Assembly (NCBI GenBank): GCA_011109175.1
Contig: RDEW01000056.1
Location: 213,401-277,400 of the forward strand
Direction of reading: 5' to 3'
From: Dicyema japonicum
Lineage: Eukaryota > Animalia > Dicyemida
DNA: 64,000 bases
The translations under genes and the position numbers were made by a program. Each line of letters starts with the position of its first letter. Position 1 is the first letter of the stretch. Positions 37,881-49,792 of this stretch are shown piece by piece. A model generated the notes under the pieces. It was not told the DNA's origin. It saw only the letters and a program-made list of their open reading frames with translations, and searched no databases.

Positions 37881-38650
37881 ATGATCGTATCCTTATATGC
37901 ATATGAATCATTAATTATTTTGATAACTCCAGTAATTCTACGTGGTGATGGTTAACTTACTATTTGAATTTAGCACATTTATGCATCCATCCATATGCCA
38001 GATACAATACATTGTGGTATAGTCAAAGTCCAAATGGTAAAATAAATGCAGTTTTAAAAGCGCTAATATTCGTAAAATATAAGAATGAAAATAATTTTGT
38101 AAATTTTATTCAATATTAGACTATCGAACGCACATTGATTAACATAAACGGCAAATTAAAGAGAATTCAGTCAAAAGACGAAATTCGTCTTATCTTAACG
38201 TCCAACGATATTCTCTTGTCGTTCACATTCACCTTTTCTGGTCGAGAGTATATCCTTAAAAAGATTGAAATAAATCATATTTTTAATGTTTACAATAATT
38301 ATGAGATTGAACTCAATCAGCAGCCGACTAAAGATCCTGAAATACATTTATGCAAAAAAATTGTTAAAAAATTTCCCAATCTTTATTTCAAACTGTCGTG
38401 TTTAGTCGCCCGAATACATGGAAGAGGAGATATTGAAGGATCTTTATTCTACAGTTTATTTTTTTAATATATTTTAGATAAGCAATGCATGAGTAAATCA
38501 TCGTATAAAATCAGGAAAGTGATTATATCCTTACTTTGTTGTGTCATTGTAATCTTGGCTTGGATAGCAATATTCGTGGTCAGTGTTGCATGTCAGAAAA
38601 TAGGAAAATACAGGTTGTTTACTAACCAAAATAAATTATCCAGTAACTAA
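37881..38650 (+). CDS. Orphan type I membrane protein, 5 exons, possibly LAMP-like
   Basis: Four GT-AG introns of 23, 24, 21 and 24 nt give one open frame: hydrophobic N-terminus, Cys-containing ectodomain, TM VIISLLCCVIVILAWIAIFVVSVAC, tail with YRLF. Gene model is strong; LAMP similarity is weak. Confidence 0.8.
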
Positions 38651-39727
38651 TCATTAATAAGGGAATTTTGGTTTATTTAATATTATCCGAAATACATTGA
38701 AAATCGCCATTAAATAAGGGCGTGTGATTAAATTGTTAAGTAGTTCGACCGACCTGTCCATAGATCACTCTGGACCTTAGTATTTCCAATTTTTCTAATT
38801 CTGTTCTGTGTAAGTTTCTGGAAATTTTCAATTTAAGTTGGGGATTTCGTTAAAATAGATATGTAAGCAATATTTTACTTTTTTTGATAATTTTTTTATT
38901 TTAAAGCCTAATCTGGGATTCTAAGTTGACATTTCTTTTGTGCTGTGCTGACATAATTAGTTGACCTCATTTGAAATAGTTACTTGTTAGCATGTTATTG
39001 TGAGAGACCAAATTGTTTTCGAAATTTGAGAGACCAAGTTAAAGACAGAACCTCTGTCACGTTATTTGCAACAAGAAAACCTCAACTTGTATTCCTTAAT
39101 ACTCTCTGACTGACAGTGACGTACCTTGATTTGGTCAAAGAAATCTAGTTCAGTTTGGAGGTATAGTTCTAGCCGTTCACAAAAACCCCCATTTAACTTT
39201 CGATATGATCCAGGCCCGCCTGTTGCAGAGATGACAAGAATCTATCCGACATAAGAGATCGCTTTATGACCTTGTTAATGAAGCGTGCAGCGGGAACCGT
39301 ACACTGCTGCGTCGACAAAAGAGGGTCCAAAGTCTTTTGTGGTTCACCACATTTTTAAATCGGCAGGGTTGAGGCTGACGGTTGTAGGAAAAAAAGTCAA
39401 GTGGAAAAAAAGTCAAGCGGAAAAAAAGTCAAGTTGTCTTTTTTTAGTTTATATCGCATTTTTGTGATACTACTAGCATCTTTTAATTTTTAAAAATTTT
39501 TTCAATACTTGACTTTTTTTCCGCTTGACTTTTTTTCCATTTTTGAAAATTTTTCCCTTATAAATTTTCGAAATTTAGCGCAAAATGGAAAAAAAGTCAA
39601 GTCCGCTAACGAAATCACGGACTTGACTTTTTTTCCGCTTTGGTATAATCGCTTTGACTAAATCAATTTAAGAATTTCAAGGTAATAATAAAAAAAAAAT
39701 TTTTTATTATAAAATGAATAAAAATTA

Positions 39728-40043
39728 AATTAAGGCATCCGAATGGGCATGCTATTTCCCCTAACAATAGCCAACGAGATACGTTCTCGGAACCAACTAG
39801 TCTCTCGCAGATCCTTGGTCACAGCTTGAATCATGGAGCCGATCTTACGAACCAACTCATCTGCTTGGAGGCCAAGGATTCATATAAATTAAGGCATCTG
39901 AATGGCCATGCTATTTCCCCTAACAATAGCCAACGCGATACGTTCTCGGAACCAACTAGTCTCTCGCAGATCCTTGGTCACAGCTTGAATCATGGAGCCG
40001 ATCTTACGAACCAACTCATCTGCTTGGAGGCCAAGGATTCATA
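39728..40043 (-). mobile_element. Two tandem 159-bp 3' ends of a CRE-like element
   Basis: ILGLQADELVRKIGSMIQAVTKDLRETSWFRERISLAIVRGNS then stop; resembles the QRISLAIQRGNA end of CRE REL-endonuclease ORFs. Confidence 0.7.
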
Positions 40044-40369
40044 ATATAATAAAATTGACTTAACTTTTTTCGCTTTGGTTTAATTTTTTTGACCTTGACT
40101 TTTTTCGCTTTGGTTTAATCTTTTTGACTTAATCAATATACGGATTTTAATTCCTTTCGAAAAAGAATTTCAACAAGAACAAATAAAAAAACGATTGATA
40201 GACAAAAAAAAACTTTTAAATATATTTCTGGATCGCCAGGACGGAAAAAACAGTAGGAGAGGCCCTAAAACCAATTGCATGGAATATTAAATATTCTTTT
40301 GATTCACATTAAATAATCCCTTGATTCACGTTAAATAAAAATCATATGTTTATTTTTTTTAAAGCTTTT

Positions 40370-40525
40370 TCACGAGAGCCATAGTATTTCATAGCTCCGC
40401 ATAGGCAGGACACTCACTTTATTTAAGTAAAGAACAGTTAATTTTAACTAATCGTAGAACCAAGGAATGATCTTCACTTCTTTTTTTCTTTTTCTTGTGT
40501 GAGTGTCCTTTCTAGACAATTTAGT
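40370..40525 (-). mobile_element. SINE-1 3' half nested in the foldback element
   Basis: Reverse complement of 28850-29000. Confidence 0.8.
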
Positions 40526-40589
40526 TAAAAGTAGAAAAAATCATTTTTAGAATTTATTTCCACCACGTGTAGTTTTAGTTGTGGCGAGA

Positions 40590-40772
40590 CATTTTAATTC
40601 ATTAACATTAGCCAAAATTAACTATTCAAATAATTTGTTATTCTAAACTCGCTTACTTTAAAATGAAACGATCATGAATACATTTTAATTCATTAACATT
40701 AGCCAAAATTAACTATTTAAATAATTTGTTATTCTAAACTCGCTTACTTTAAAATGAAACGATCATGAATAA
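40590..40772. repeat. 91-nt tandem duplication
   Basis: ATTTTAATTCATTAACATTAGCC...GATCATGAATA occurs twice. Confidence 0.9.
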
Positions 40773-42049
40773 AAATCTTAATTTATAAACGGAAAAAAAG
40801 TCAAGTCCGTAATTTCGTTAACGGACTTGACTTTTTTTCCATTTTGCGCTAAATTCGAAAATTTATAAGGGAAAAATTTTCAAAAATGGAAAAAAAGTCA
40901 AGCGGAAAAAAAGTCAAGTATTGAAAAAATTTTTAAAAATTAAAAGATGCTAGTAGTATCACAAAAATGCGATATAAACTAAAAAAAGACAACTTGACTT
41001 TTTTTCCGCTTGACTTTTTTTCCGCTTACGGACTTGACTTTTTTTCCGCACTCCGAGGCTGACACAAGTCTCATCAGAACGGTTTCGAGTAGTTACTACT
41101 AACCGAATAAGAAAGGCTTGGAAACATCCAGTTTCTACCTTAAGTCGTGGTCAGTCCTTAAAACCAACGCTTTTTTTACTTAAAACTTAATTCACAAATC
41201 CTGTGCGTTATTATTTGTATTTATCTTACCTCTTTTAAGGCACGAAGATTTTTTGCTTGTTCAGCTTGCGGTTGAAACTCCGAATCTTGTACACCTCCGA
41301 CGTTGGAATTTCTGAGTACTCATGGAAATCGGATTTCTACACGAATAGGAAATCTCAATGAGTGCTGTTTGCTATTTGAGTGGATCTCGTTCGTCATTCT
41401 TAGAGAGGATAGCCAATAAGTCATGGCGGCCACAGTATGACCCTAGGACGACCTATATGTTGTCCTTAAATCGTCGCGAATATGGCTAAATACAGTTACA
41501 ACTGTCCCCATTTAAGTAAAGGAGCATGACGGTTGATCATTTAGATCCATGCTCTGCCAAGACAATATGTGGAGGAATAACGAGGTTGTATGTAGTTTCA
41601 TCTTCAATAAGTATGGTATTCGCCACACCAGAAAGTAGCGGACTAATAAGGTGCAATCTGTAGTAGAGAACACAAGGTCCAAGTCAAGATAGACAGTGTA
41701 ATTCGTCGGTGCTTGTCAAGCCATTTTGGTACTAATAACCGGCCATTTTGGTACAAAATTAAGAATGTGACCAAGTCCTTATCATAGAAGTTGGTATTAT
41801 GTCTCAAGACCGGTTGCAGACGGTGGTGAGCGACAGCAGTAACTACTACACTGGTGTGCGACAGCAGGTCTAACGAGTTACTAAAAACGATTGCAAAATA
41901 ATAAAATGGTTCTAAATTTGAATGCAATTGTTAATTGAAAATTGTATGTTTCAATTATTATAGTTTTATATTTTAATTAATTTAATATGGTTAACCCCAA
42001 TAACGTTAAATTTAACCATGTGTTAATAATTGGTTCTTGTGATTACAAG

Positions 42050-42985
42050 TATTATCCCTGTACGATTCCTGATTAATCGTTCGTATGAAGAACCTATTAT
42101 ATTTTTTATTATCTTTATTTTTGTCCGATCTCCCCATTCCGGAATCCGAAAACGATGTTCTTCTCTCTTATGCAGATGATTGTTTTAGTTTCAAGAGACA
42201 GGGATATTCAGAATGCCACAGAGAGGATCCAAAATAACTTGGATAGTCTAAACATTTGGATGATAGAAAACCCCTTAGGATGAGTGCAGAAAAGTTAATC
42301 ATTTCATTTTTCACTTCAGACAAAAGATTGGAAAGGAGGACAATCACCTTGAAGTTCGACAAGGACGATTTCCCTTTTAACAGATGACAGAGGATATTGG
42401 GGTGACATTTGATATGCACCTTTGCTCATCATTTCATATTGAAGACATACTACTCAAAATGCGAAAGGAAATTAATATTCTCAAGACCTTATCTGGAATA
42501 TGGAAGGTCGGTACCCACCTAGTACTGAAGAACATATACAAGCAGTACATCGATCCATGTATTTCATATGCATGTGCTTTGTGGGAACCCTCCATCTCAT
42601 TAAAAATAAAAGAAAATTGGATAAAATGCAGAAGAGGGCGTTCCGAATTACGGAGCGATGGACCGACTCCTCTGGAAGTCCTCATGAGGCTAGATTCCGA
42701 GATGACTCAAGGAACCCGATACGTACATGTGCGACATCGAGAGAGTGACATTGGGTAAAGATGAGGACTTTATTCGAACATATTGGGATCACGTGATAGT
42801 TAGTGGACCGACTCCTCTGGAAGTCCTCATGAGGCTAGATTCCGAGATGACTCAAGGAACCCGATACGTACATGTGCGATATCGAGAGAGTGACATTGGG
42901 TAAAGATGAGGACTTTATTCGAACTTATTGGGATCACGTGATAGTTAGTTTCGATTTTTGACCGGGTCTTGTGGTGTTTAAATAA
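42050..42985 (+). mobile_element. Ingi/Vingi-like LINE 3' third, with a 145-bp tandem duplication of its end
   Basis: DLPIPESENDVLLSYADD, YKQYIDPCISYACALW; 42660-42804 is repeated at 42805-42945. Confidence 0.85.
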
Positions 42986-44089
42986 ATAAGATAATAGATT
43001 ATCCGCCTCCTGGACTGAATCTTTCTCTTGTTGGTCTTGAGACATGACAACTTCCCGGAAAAGTGGGTGCTTCAGATTCTTACGGTATGAGATATTGTCG
43101 CTAGTGAGTCTAATTCGGTTTATAGTTTCCGAGCGTAAGTCATTTCATTTGTTTAAAATTAAAAATGAAGTTTTCGTAGTCAATCTTATGAATGCAGATA
43201 TGGAGGGAAGATATAGAGAAGTCATCATCTTGAGGAGATGACAACCCAGTCTGGACTTGTAAATTTTCTTGAATTACGAAAAATAAGCTAAGTCACACGA
43301 CTGTCGCTTTTTTTTAATAAGAGTTACCTATTCCTCTACACACCAGAATATTCTCTTCAGCAATGACCACAGGTTGGTTCTAACAAGAGATGAACTCCTT
43401 TTCGATACAATTAGGAATAATCAGTTTCCATGGTTGCTGGAAGTGGCATGTCCCTCCAGAACACTTAAGTAAAGTAAACATGCATTGTGTGACTATTATG
43501 TGATTTCTTCTGTGGCCGTATAACAACCAAGGCTTTCTTCTTCGCTTTTTCATGTTTTTTTTACAAAATTCGGTAGACTCTATATGTTAGGGTAGTTGGC
43601 ACACTGGAGTGAACTGCATGTCCGTTTACCTTACGGAGACAATGAAGGGGGTTGATACTATCCAAACGTCTGCAGATTTTAAATTTATTACAAAAAGCAA
43701 TAGACCCAACTGAACTTCAACATTATTCGATGTTCTTTCCTTGAATGGGCTGAAAGAACATATTATTTTTTTATATCGCGGTTCCTTTGAGTAAAGAAAC
43801 TGGTTGTTAAAAAAGCAATAACTCAAAGAGGGCGTTTCCAGAGATCACTCAATTTGATCTTGTGGGGCGAAGCCAAATGTGATCTTGGACAAAATATAAG
43901 ATAACTCGTTTTTTAGTCGTTGGTTTTCATCGGGTTAACTGCTCGTATTGAAAACTGCCAAAAATGCTGTGGCGAACAGATCAAGCTTCATTGCTTTACC
44001 GAGCAAACTTATTACGGTTGTTAGGTATTGGTTAAAGGACGAGCGTATGGTTACCGTCCCATGATCAATTTATGTGAAAACTATTTATT

Positions 44090-44600
44090 TTAAAACCCCA
44101 AGACCGACAAGAACGTATAAACTCATTAATTAAGTGATCCCAGTCTCCAACATGCAAAGGAATTCTATTAGAGTGAACTTTGAATTCCTCTTAATGAGCC
44201 GCTCTTTCTCTGAATTGGTTTCCATATCTTTGCAGATACGTATGAAGCCTTGGCTATTCCTCAACGTCGCCGCTCTGAAAGGAGACTGAGAATGGATAAG
44301 GTGTCTGATTGCATATGTCGCATGATCCTCGCCTAGAGAGTCATACGCTCCATCCTCGAAGAGAGAAGAGTGAATCTCCAAGCAGAATATGCATATTCAA
44401 TCGTCAGCACAATAACTTGGAGATATATCTTACTGACACAAGAAAAAGCTCTTCGTTGTGATAGCTTTTAAAAAGTTCCATTTTCGAAGATCCTTGGTTA
44501 ACACAGACTCCGTGTAACTAGAGAACGTCATAAGATAGTCGAATGTCACACCAAGGACCTTCAGGCTTCCCGTATAATGAATGGGAATGTTTCCTAGGAA
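44090..44600 (-). mobile_element. Ingi/Vingi-like 3' fragment
   Basis: Reverse complement of the family terminus; SLGEDHATYAIR region. Confidence 0.7.
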
Positions 44601-45050
44601 TATCTCAAATCACCTTTAAAAGTCCTGTCCGTAGTAAATGGAGTGAACTAAGACTTGGATGCAACACAGACAGCAAACACGGAGTGAAAACTATAAATTA
44701 TTATTATTAACCCCAGGCTTACCACAGTAAGCTCAGTACAAACAGTCATAACTAACTCATCCAAGGAAAAAATCAAAGAGAGAACATCATCTTGTGCCTA
44801 CCAAATCCATCTTTCAATACATCATTACAGGCTTCCATTTCCGAAGAGAAGTGGGGAAATAGGTCCGCCCTTTTCCATTTTTGTCCCACGTCCTACCGTC
44901 GCGGACATCACTTCATTCTTTAGCAGAATAGTTTTCATAATGCAATCTTCATCAGAGGATTTGGTCAGGGAGAAAGGTAGGAAGATCCCTTTTAACAACT
45001 GTGTCGTGCCAGAAGGACTCGTCGCCTCACGGGTGGGATCTGTTGACAAG
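44600..45050 (-). mobile_element. Decayed RT core fragment
   Basis: VGRGTK...GGPISPLLF followed by an AQDD motif. Confidence 0.4.
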
Positions 45051-45163
45051 AATTGACCTTTGCTGAAAACTATAAAATATAAAAATAAATTATTGCTTTA
45101 TTTAATTAAATATTAATAATTTTAAAAATAAGTTTTAATTATCAATTTGAATTTAATTGCCTA

Positions 45164-45641
45164 ATGAATTTACTCAAATTAATCAAAAATTTTCAAAATT
45201 ATAGACAAAATAGCACAGTAAATTTCAATTCTTTCATCCAATCTGTTCAATGGATAAAATCATCACCAGATGAGAAAATTTGCAGATTTGTAGTAGAAGA
45301 TAGCCACGTGGATGAATCCGGAAATTTACATGCTGGTTGTGCCTTGACTTTGATGGATGTGTTGACTTCGCACTGGCACTTTGATCAGTACAAAATCATG
45401 CCAATGAGCATAAACCTTCATTCCATGTAATTTATGACAATAAATCACTAGATTCTATAATCCCGCACGTGTCGGAGATTCCCTGGTTATTAGATGCACT
45501 AATATGACTGTTCACAGAAAAATAATCACTGCTAACTGCAGCATAAGGAGAGAAGAGGATTGGGCTGATGTAGCTTTTGGTATTCATACAATTTTTAAAG
45601 TCGACCAAACTGACCTTAATACGTCTAATATATTAAAATAA
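45164..45641 (+). CDS. ACOT13: Hotdog-fold acyl-CoA thioesterase 13-like, 2 exons, copy A
   Basis: GNLHAGCALTLMD; 25-nt intron at 45427-45451; IFYNPARVGDSLVI...VAFGIHT. Frame is open after splicing. Confidence 0.85.
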
Positions 45642-45694
45642 ACTATTTTATGGTTTTCTAATAAATTTATTCCTAAAATCAACAAATAAAGATA

Positions 45695-45905
45695 ATAACT
45701 GATGTTCTCGTCTACATTGGTCAGGTCCTTGTGTAGAACCTCTGGTAAAGTTATGCGAGGTCTTCCACAGAACGAGGTATTCACTTCTACTGAGACAAAA
45801 GCTGAAAACTGGAGACGATTTGGATGCGCTCAGAATAACTGCCAATAACCGTGGAGCATGGAAGAAGTTAGTTAAGAGAATTGTGGAAGAAAGAATAACC
45901 TGAAG
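45695..45905. mobile_element. Short RTE insertion with a 5' inversion
   Basis: Minus-strand GRPRITLPEVLHKDL abuts plus-strand LKTGDDLDALR. Confidence 0.6.
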
Positions 45906-46074
45906 AAAAATACGACACAAGCGGAACCTTAATTAAATAAATTACTTTTTTGGTTCTTCGAAAGTGCTACTAATAATAATATGATGTTCTCGGCACACCT
46001 CTCAATTCTCTCAGCTTCACACAAATCCGTGATAGACTAAGAACCCAATAATCTCCTTAATATCGGGAGATTAA

Positions 46075-46250
46075 ATGGCATGGCTGTTGCAATACAATGA
46101 TGCTCTATGGGTTCAATTCCTCTTTTACTTGGTCGAAGGGTTCGTTCATTTTGTTCTTTCTCTCTCTGTCTCTTATGGTTCCCAATGCCAGATTGGTGGG
46201 AAATAAAATTATCTGCTCATCTCCCTTGAACAGAGACGTTCTCATAATAG
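46075..46250 (+). mobile_element. Decayed SINE-2
   Basis: GGGTTCAATTCC B box, CTTGGTCGAAGGGTTC linker, pyrimidine tract, CCCAATGCCAG...AAATAAA module. Confidence 0.4.
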
Positions 46251-48943
46251 CAAAGAATAGATATTTTCCGGTGTTTCGCTTCTGTGTGCTACCAACGCTT
46301 TATTTATTTTATTAACCACGAAATCACGAGAAAAAGGATAAAAGTTATCGTCTAATTAAGTGATTCTGGTGTCCATAACAGTCCTTTTCCTGCTGTTAGT
46401 TTTGGAGTCCTGGATTAATCTCCACAGCGGGGAAGGTTTCTTCTCATATCTCGGGCAGGCGTCCATATGTGCGCTCCGAGAGGATGTCAGAAGACTTTGC
46501 GATCTTGATGAAGTCTTGGTGACGCTCCGTAAGGTATTCGATGATTGAGGAGACATTTAGTGTTCTCCGCAGTAGCGAGGTGGACGTCTTTTTCGACGAT
46601 CTAAATAGAATCCTGAGACATCAATTTGTAAAACCTCCAGCTTACTCTGTGCCGATATTGATAAAAGGGCAATCTATCCAGCACAGGCGTACTCGATACC
46701 ACGTAGAACGAATTGTTTGTATAGAAACTCTAACGATGGGCAGGAAGAAACTGGAAAGTTAGTGAACGCCTTGAGAATTCCAATTTTTTGGATCCTCGCG
46801 GTTACAAGGTCCATTTGATGAGTAAATGTGAGTAGGGGATCCAGGATGACTCAAGGTTTGAAAGGGTTTTCTTAATGGGAAGCGGGGAGTCATACAATGT
46901 TATTCGTGTGGTTGCCCGTAATTTTTTCCGTGCTGAAGTAAACGTCATCACATGTGACTTTTCTGGTGATATATTCAGACAGTTCTTCAGGAACCAAAGA
47001 CCCTCTGGTTTAGTAGGTTTTGCACGGATCGTGTCGCCTCCTCGATTCTTCGATGTTTCACTGCGACCACGAGATCATCCGCATACGATAGAAGAATTGT
47101 GTCTTTGGTGGTAGGGGATGAGAGGTCACTGATGAACATGTTGAAGAGCATTGGAGACAACGGTGATCCTTGTGGATCTCTATTTGGAAGTTATCGTGGT
47201 TTTGATTTTTGGTTGTTTGCCACCACTTGGTCCATTCGACCGTTGATGAAGTTAACCAACCATGACTTGAATTTAGGGTGGATCGACTTCGTAAAACTTT
47301 TGCTGAAGGATCTCCCGGGATACTGAGTCACAAGACTTCTCTACATCCACTGAGACCGGCACGGTTCTCACGCGTGGATTTGGGGTATTCAGGCCGTCCG
47401 AAATGAATTGAACCAGTTTTGTTAGATGAGTTGTTGTTGGGTGTCCTTCGCGGTATCCTTGTAGAAAAGATGGTAGAATTATGAAAAGACCAGTTTTTCT
47501 AACACTCGTAATAAGGCGCAGATAATAGATACCGGGTGGTAGGAGAACTGGCAGTTTAGTGGTTTGTTTTTCTTCAGAATAAGGTGTTCAGGTATTTCCT
47601 CCATATTGACGGAATCTTGTTCTCGTTTATTGAGAGGTTGAAAATGTGTGTTATTGGGGCCGTCGCGGAAGGTCCCAGGTGATCTGTTAGAGAATGGAGA
47701 AGTCATCTGAGCAGCGGGACGAAGAGTTATTCATTTTTCTGATTACTGAGTGCACCACTGAAGGATCGAAGAAAGTCATGTTGGGAAATTTATTCCTCCG
47801 ACCATTGCCAGAACAAACATTCAGGTCTTTTGAATATGGTTTTTTTGACTAATTTTTACATAGTGCTTAATAATTTCATTGAGATTTGGATATGGCTCTC
47901 GATTTCCAATTAAATGTGGATTGCACTTCTTAAGTTTCCTTATCAAGTCCCATATACAGTGAAGGAAGTATTGTTCTTAGCTTTTCTGCGCAAAACTTCC
48001 CAACGTTCTTTGTTGTGTTTTGTGACGTTCCGTGTGATTTCTTTGTTCAGTTTTGATATCCTTTCAGTTACGTCCACTGATTGTCTTTAGAAATTCTTCA
48101 ACGTGTTTCTCGTTGGATTAGACATCGAGTTTCATAATCAATTGGGTGTGATGGACGTTTGAAAATGACCCATCGGAATGTATCTTTGCGAGCTCGGAGT
48201 ATAATCTCGTTGAGGTATTTGACAGCAGTGTCGATAGATCCAAGTTCTCTATCCGGAAGGCCTGGAGATGTAGTTCGGTAAAATGTGTGAAGGCAGGCCA
48301 TATTGCCTTTGAGAAGTTCACATCGGTTCTCGCAGTGTTAACTAACTTATGTTTTTCTGGGATCCTCATAAAGATCGGGATTGCCGGTATGTAAGACGTA
48401 TATAAATCTCATGAAATAACAGCCTCAAGAAAAGGAGAAGCAAAAGAAATGTTGAGTGACGTAAGGAGAACGCCAAAAGTGTCGGATATGAGGGCTCCCA
48501 GTTGATCCAGTTGTTGGTCAGCATACCATTGAGAACTCTTCGCATTTAGGTCACCGCCAATAAGCGTGTTCTCCAACCTGATAAATCGTGTGAGTTCAGG
48601 GCTGTAACCGCTGGGGCATAACGGTGGAGGAGGTATGTAGATTTTGACAGCTGTCAATCTGAGCGAGGGTAGGAATTTTCTCAGAGTTAGATGTTCCAGT
48701 GTGTCGTCCGAGATATTTCTGGCCATTATTTGTTTCCTGATTAAAGTAATAAAGCCTCTTTTCTTTCCATGATCTCAGTCTCGTCTGAAAACTGAGTATC
48801 CCGGAAAGTTGGGGGTTGGAAGCTGTGGGTTAAGTTTCGTCTCTTAGAAGAGCTATATCCATTGAGTGTTTTATGAGAAAGCGTTGTAGTTCGGCAATTT
48901 TTGTTCGGGTACCATTGATGTTAATTTGTAATATGACTAGATC

Positions 48944-48990
48944 TGGTCCAGTATTTTCCTCGACATCTCCACAGAAAAGGAGTAGGTTTC
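48944..48990 (-). other. 2A-like peptide variant NLLLFCGDVEENTGP
   Basis: One substitution (CCT>ACT) from DVEENPGP; directly precedes the APE domain. Confidence 0.8.
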
Positions 48991-49020
48991 CGAGCATCCA
49001 CTGTTGCGGAATAGGAAGTT

Positions 49021-49090
49021 TGCGACTCTTTTCCAACACTTCAAGTGAGCGATGACACCACGTAGGCGAGTCACACGGCATGCTACTATC
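49021..49090 (-). ncRNA. HDV-like ribozyme candidate, decayed
   Basis: P2 TGTGACTC/GAGTCGCA (8 bp), P3 GCC/GGT, P1 GATAGT/GTCATC (5 of 6), short P4 CACT/AGTG. No C at the expected J4/2 position. Confidence 0.5.
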
Positions 49091-49792
49091 TTGTTATTGT
49101 TGGCTAAATCGACGCTATATTGAAAACCAAACTAATGAAATGGAAAATCCCAGTAAAACCATAATGAATAATCACGTGATCCAACTTAGTTTGGGAAACA
49201 ACGCCATCATCTTGGACCTGTGTTCATCCCTATAACAGAATAAAACCTGTACTGACAGAGTCATTCATATCTTGTTGATGGAAAATGGTAAGTACCAATT
49301 CTATCATTAACTATTTAAAGTTAGACGGTCATTATGAAAAAAAAATTGACTATAAAATAGAACAAGTAAATAATCTAAGTAGATTTTATTCCAGATGGCT
49401 GGTGTCCCTTTCCATCTCTTAGAAGGAGTGTGCCACAAAGTCCCTCATCACCACATCAGAGTCAGTCGAAATATCTGAGAGAGTTCAGGAGGTGTACTCT
49501 TCATCAGAACGCATCATCCCGTGAGTTATTAAATACGATTTTAATCTAAAGTAAAATAAGATGATTATCGAAAAATATCATTAATAAAAAATTGTAAATT
49601 AAAGCGATTTAAAAGTAATTTTAGTAACCACAAAACCACAAAACCCATGTTAATTCTAAAAATTTAAATTAACTGTTGGATGAAGAATTTTTAATTAGTT
49701 TTTAATAAAATTAAATATATTTTTATACGAAACACAATAATAAAATAGTTTTTAAACAATTTAAAAATTTAAATTTAAATAAAAGGAAACAC

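Larger units (their letters stand above)
39380..41054. mobile_element. Non-autonomous Mutator/foldback-like element
   Basis: TIRs of about 270 bp with GGAAAAAAAGTCAAG subrepeats; 9-bp TSD GAGGCTGAC at 39371-39379 and 41055-41063; empty site in copy B near 58600. Confidence 0.9.
31239..46547 (+). repeat. Segmental duplication copy A
   Basis: Collinear direct repeat of 50627-64000. Confidence 0.97.
46305..49090 (-). mobile_element. Second, divergent full-length Ingi/Vingi-like LINE, decayed
   Basis: Ribozyme-like head, 2A variant, LQININGTRTKIAEL, KIYIPP, GGDLNA, PQGSPLSPMLFN, family 3' end. Confidence 0.85.

Noticed and set aside
41240-41930. Possible Penelope-like or other ORF relic
   Set aside because: Only an LNFVP-like word, too weak to call.
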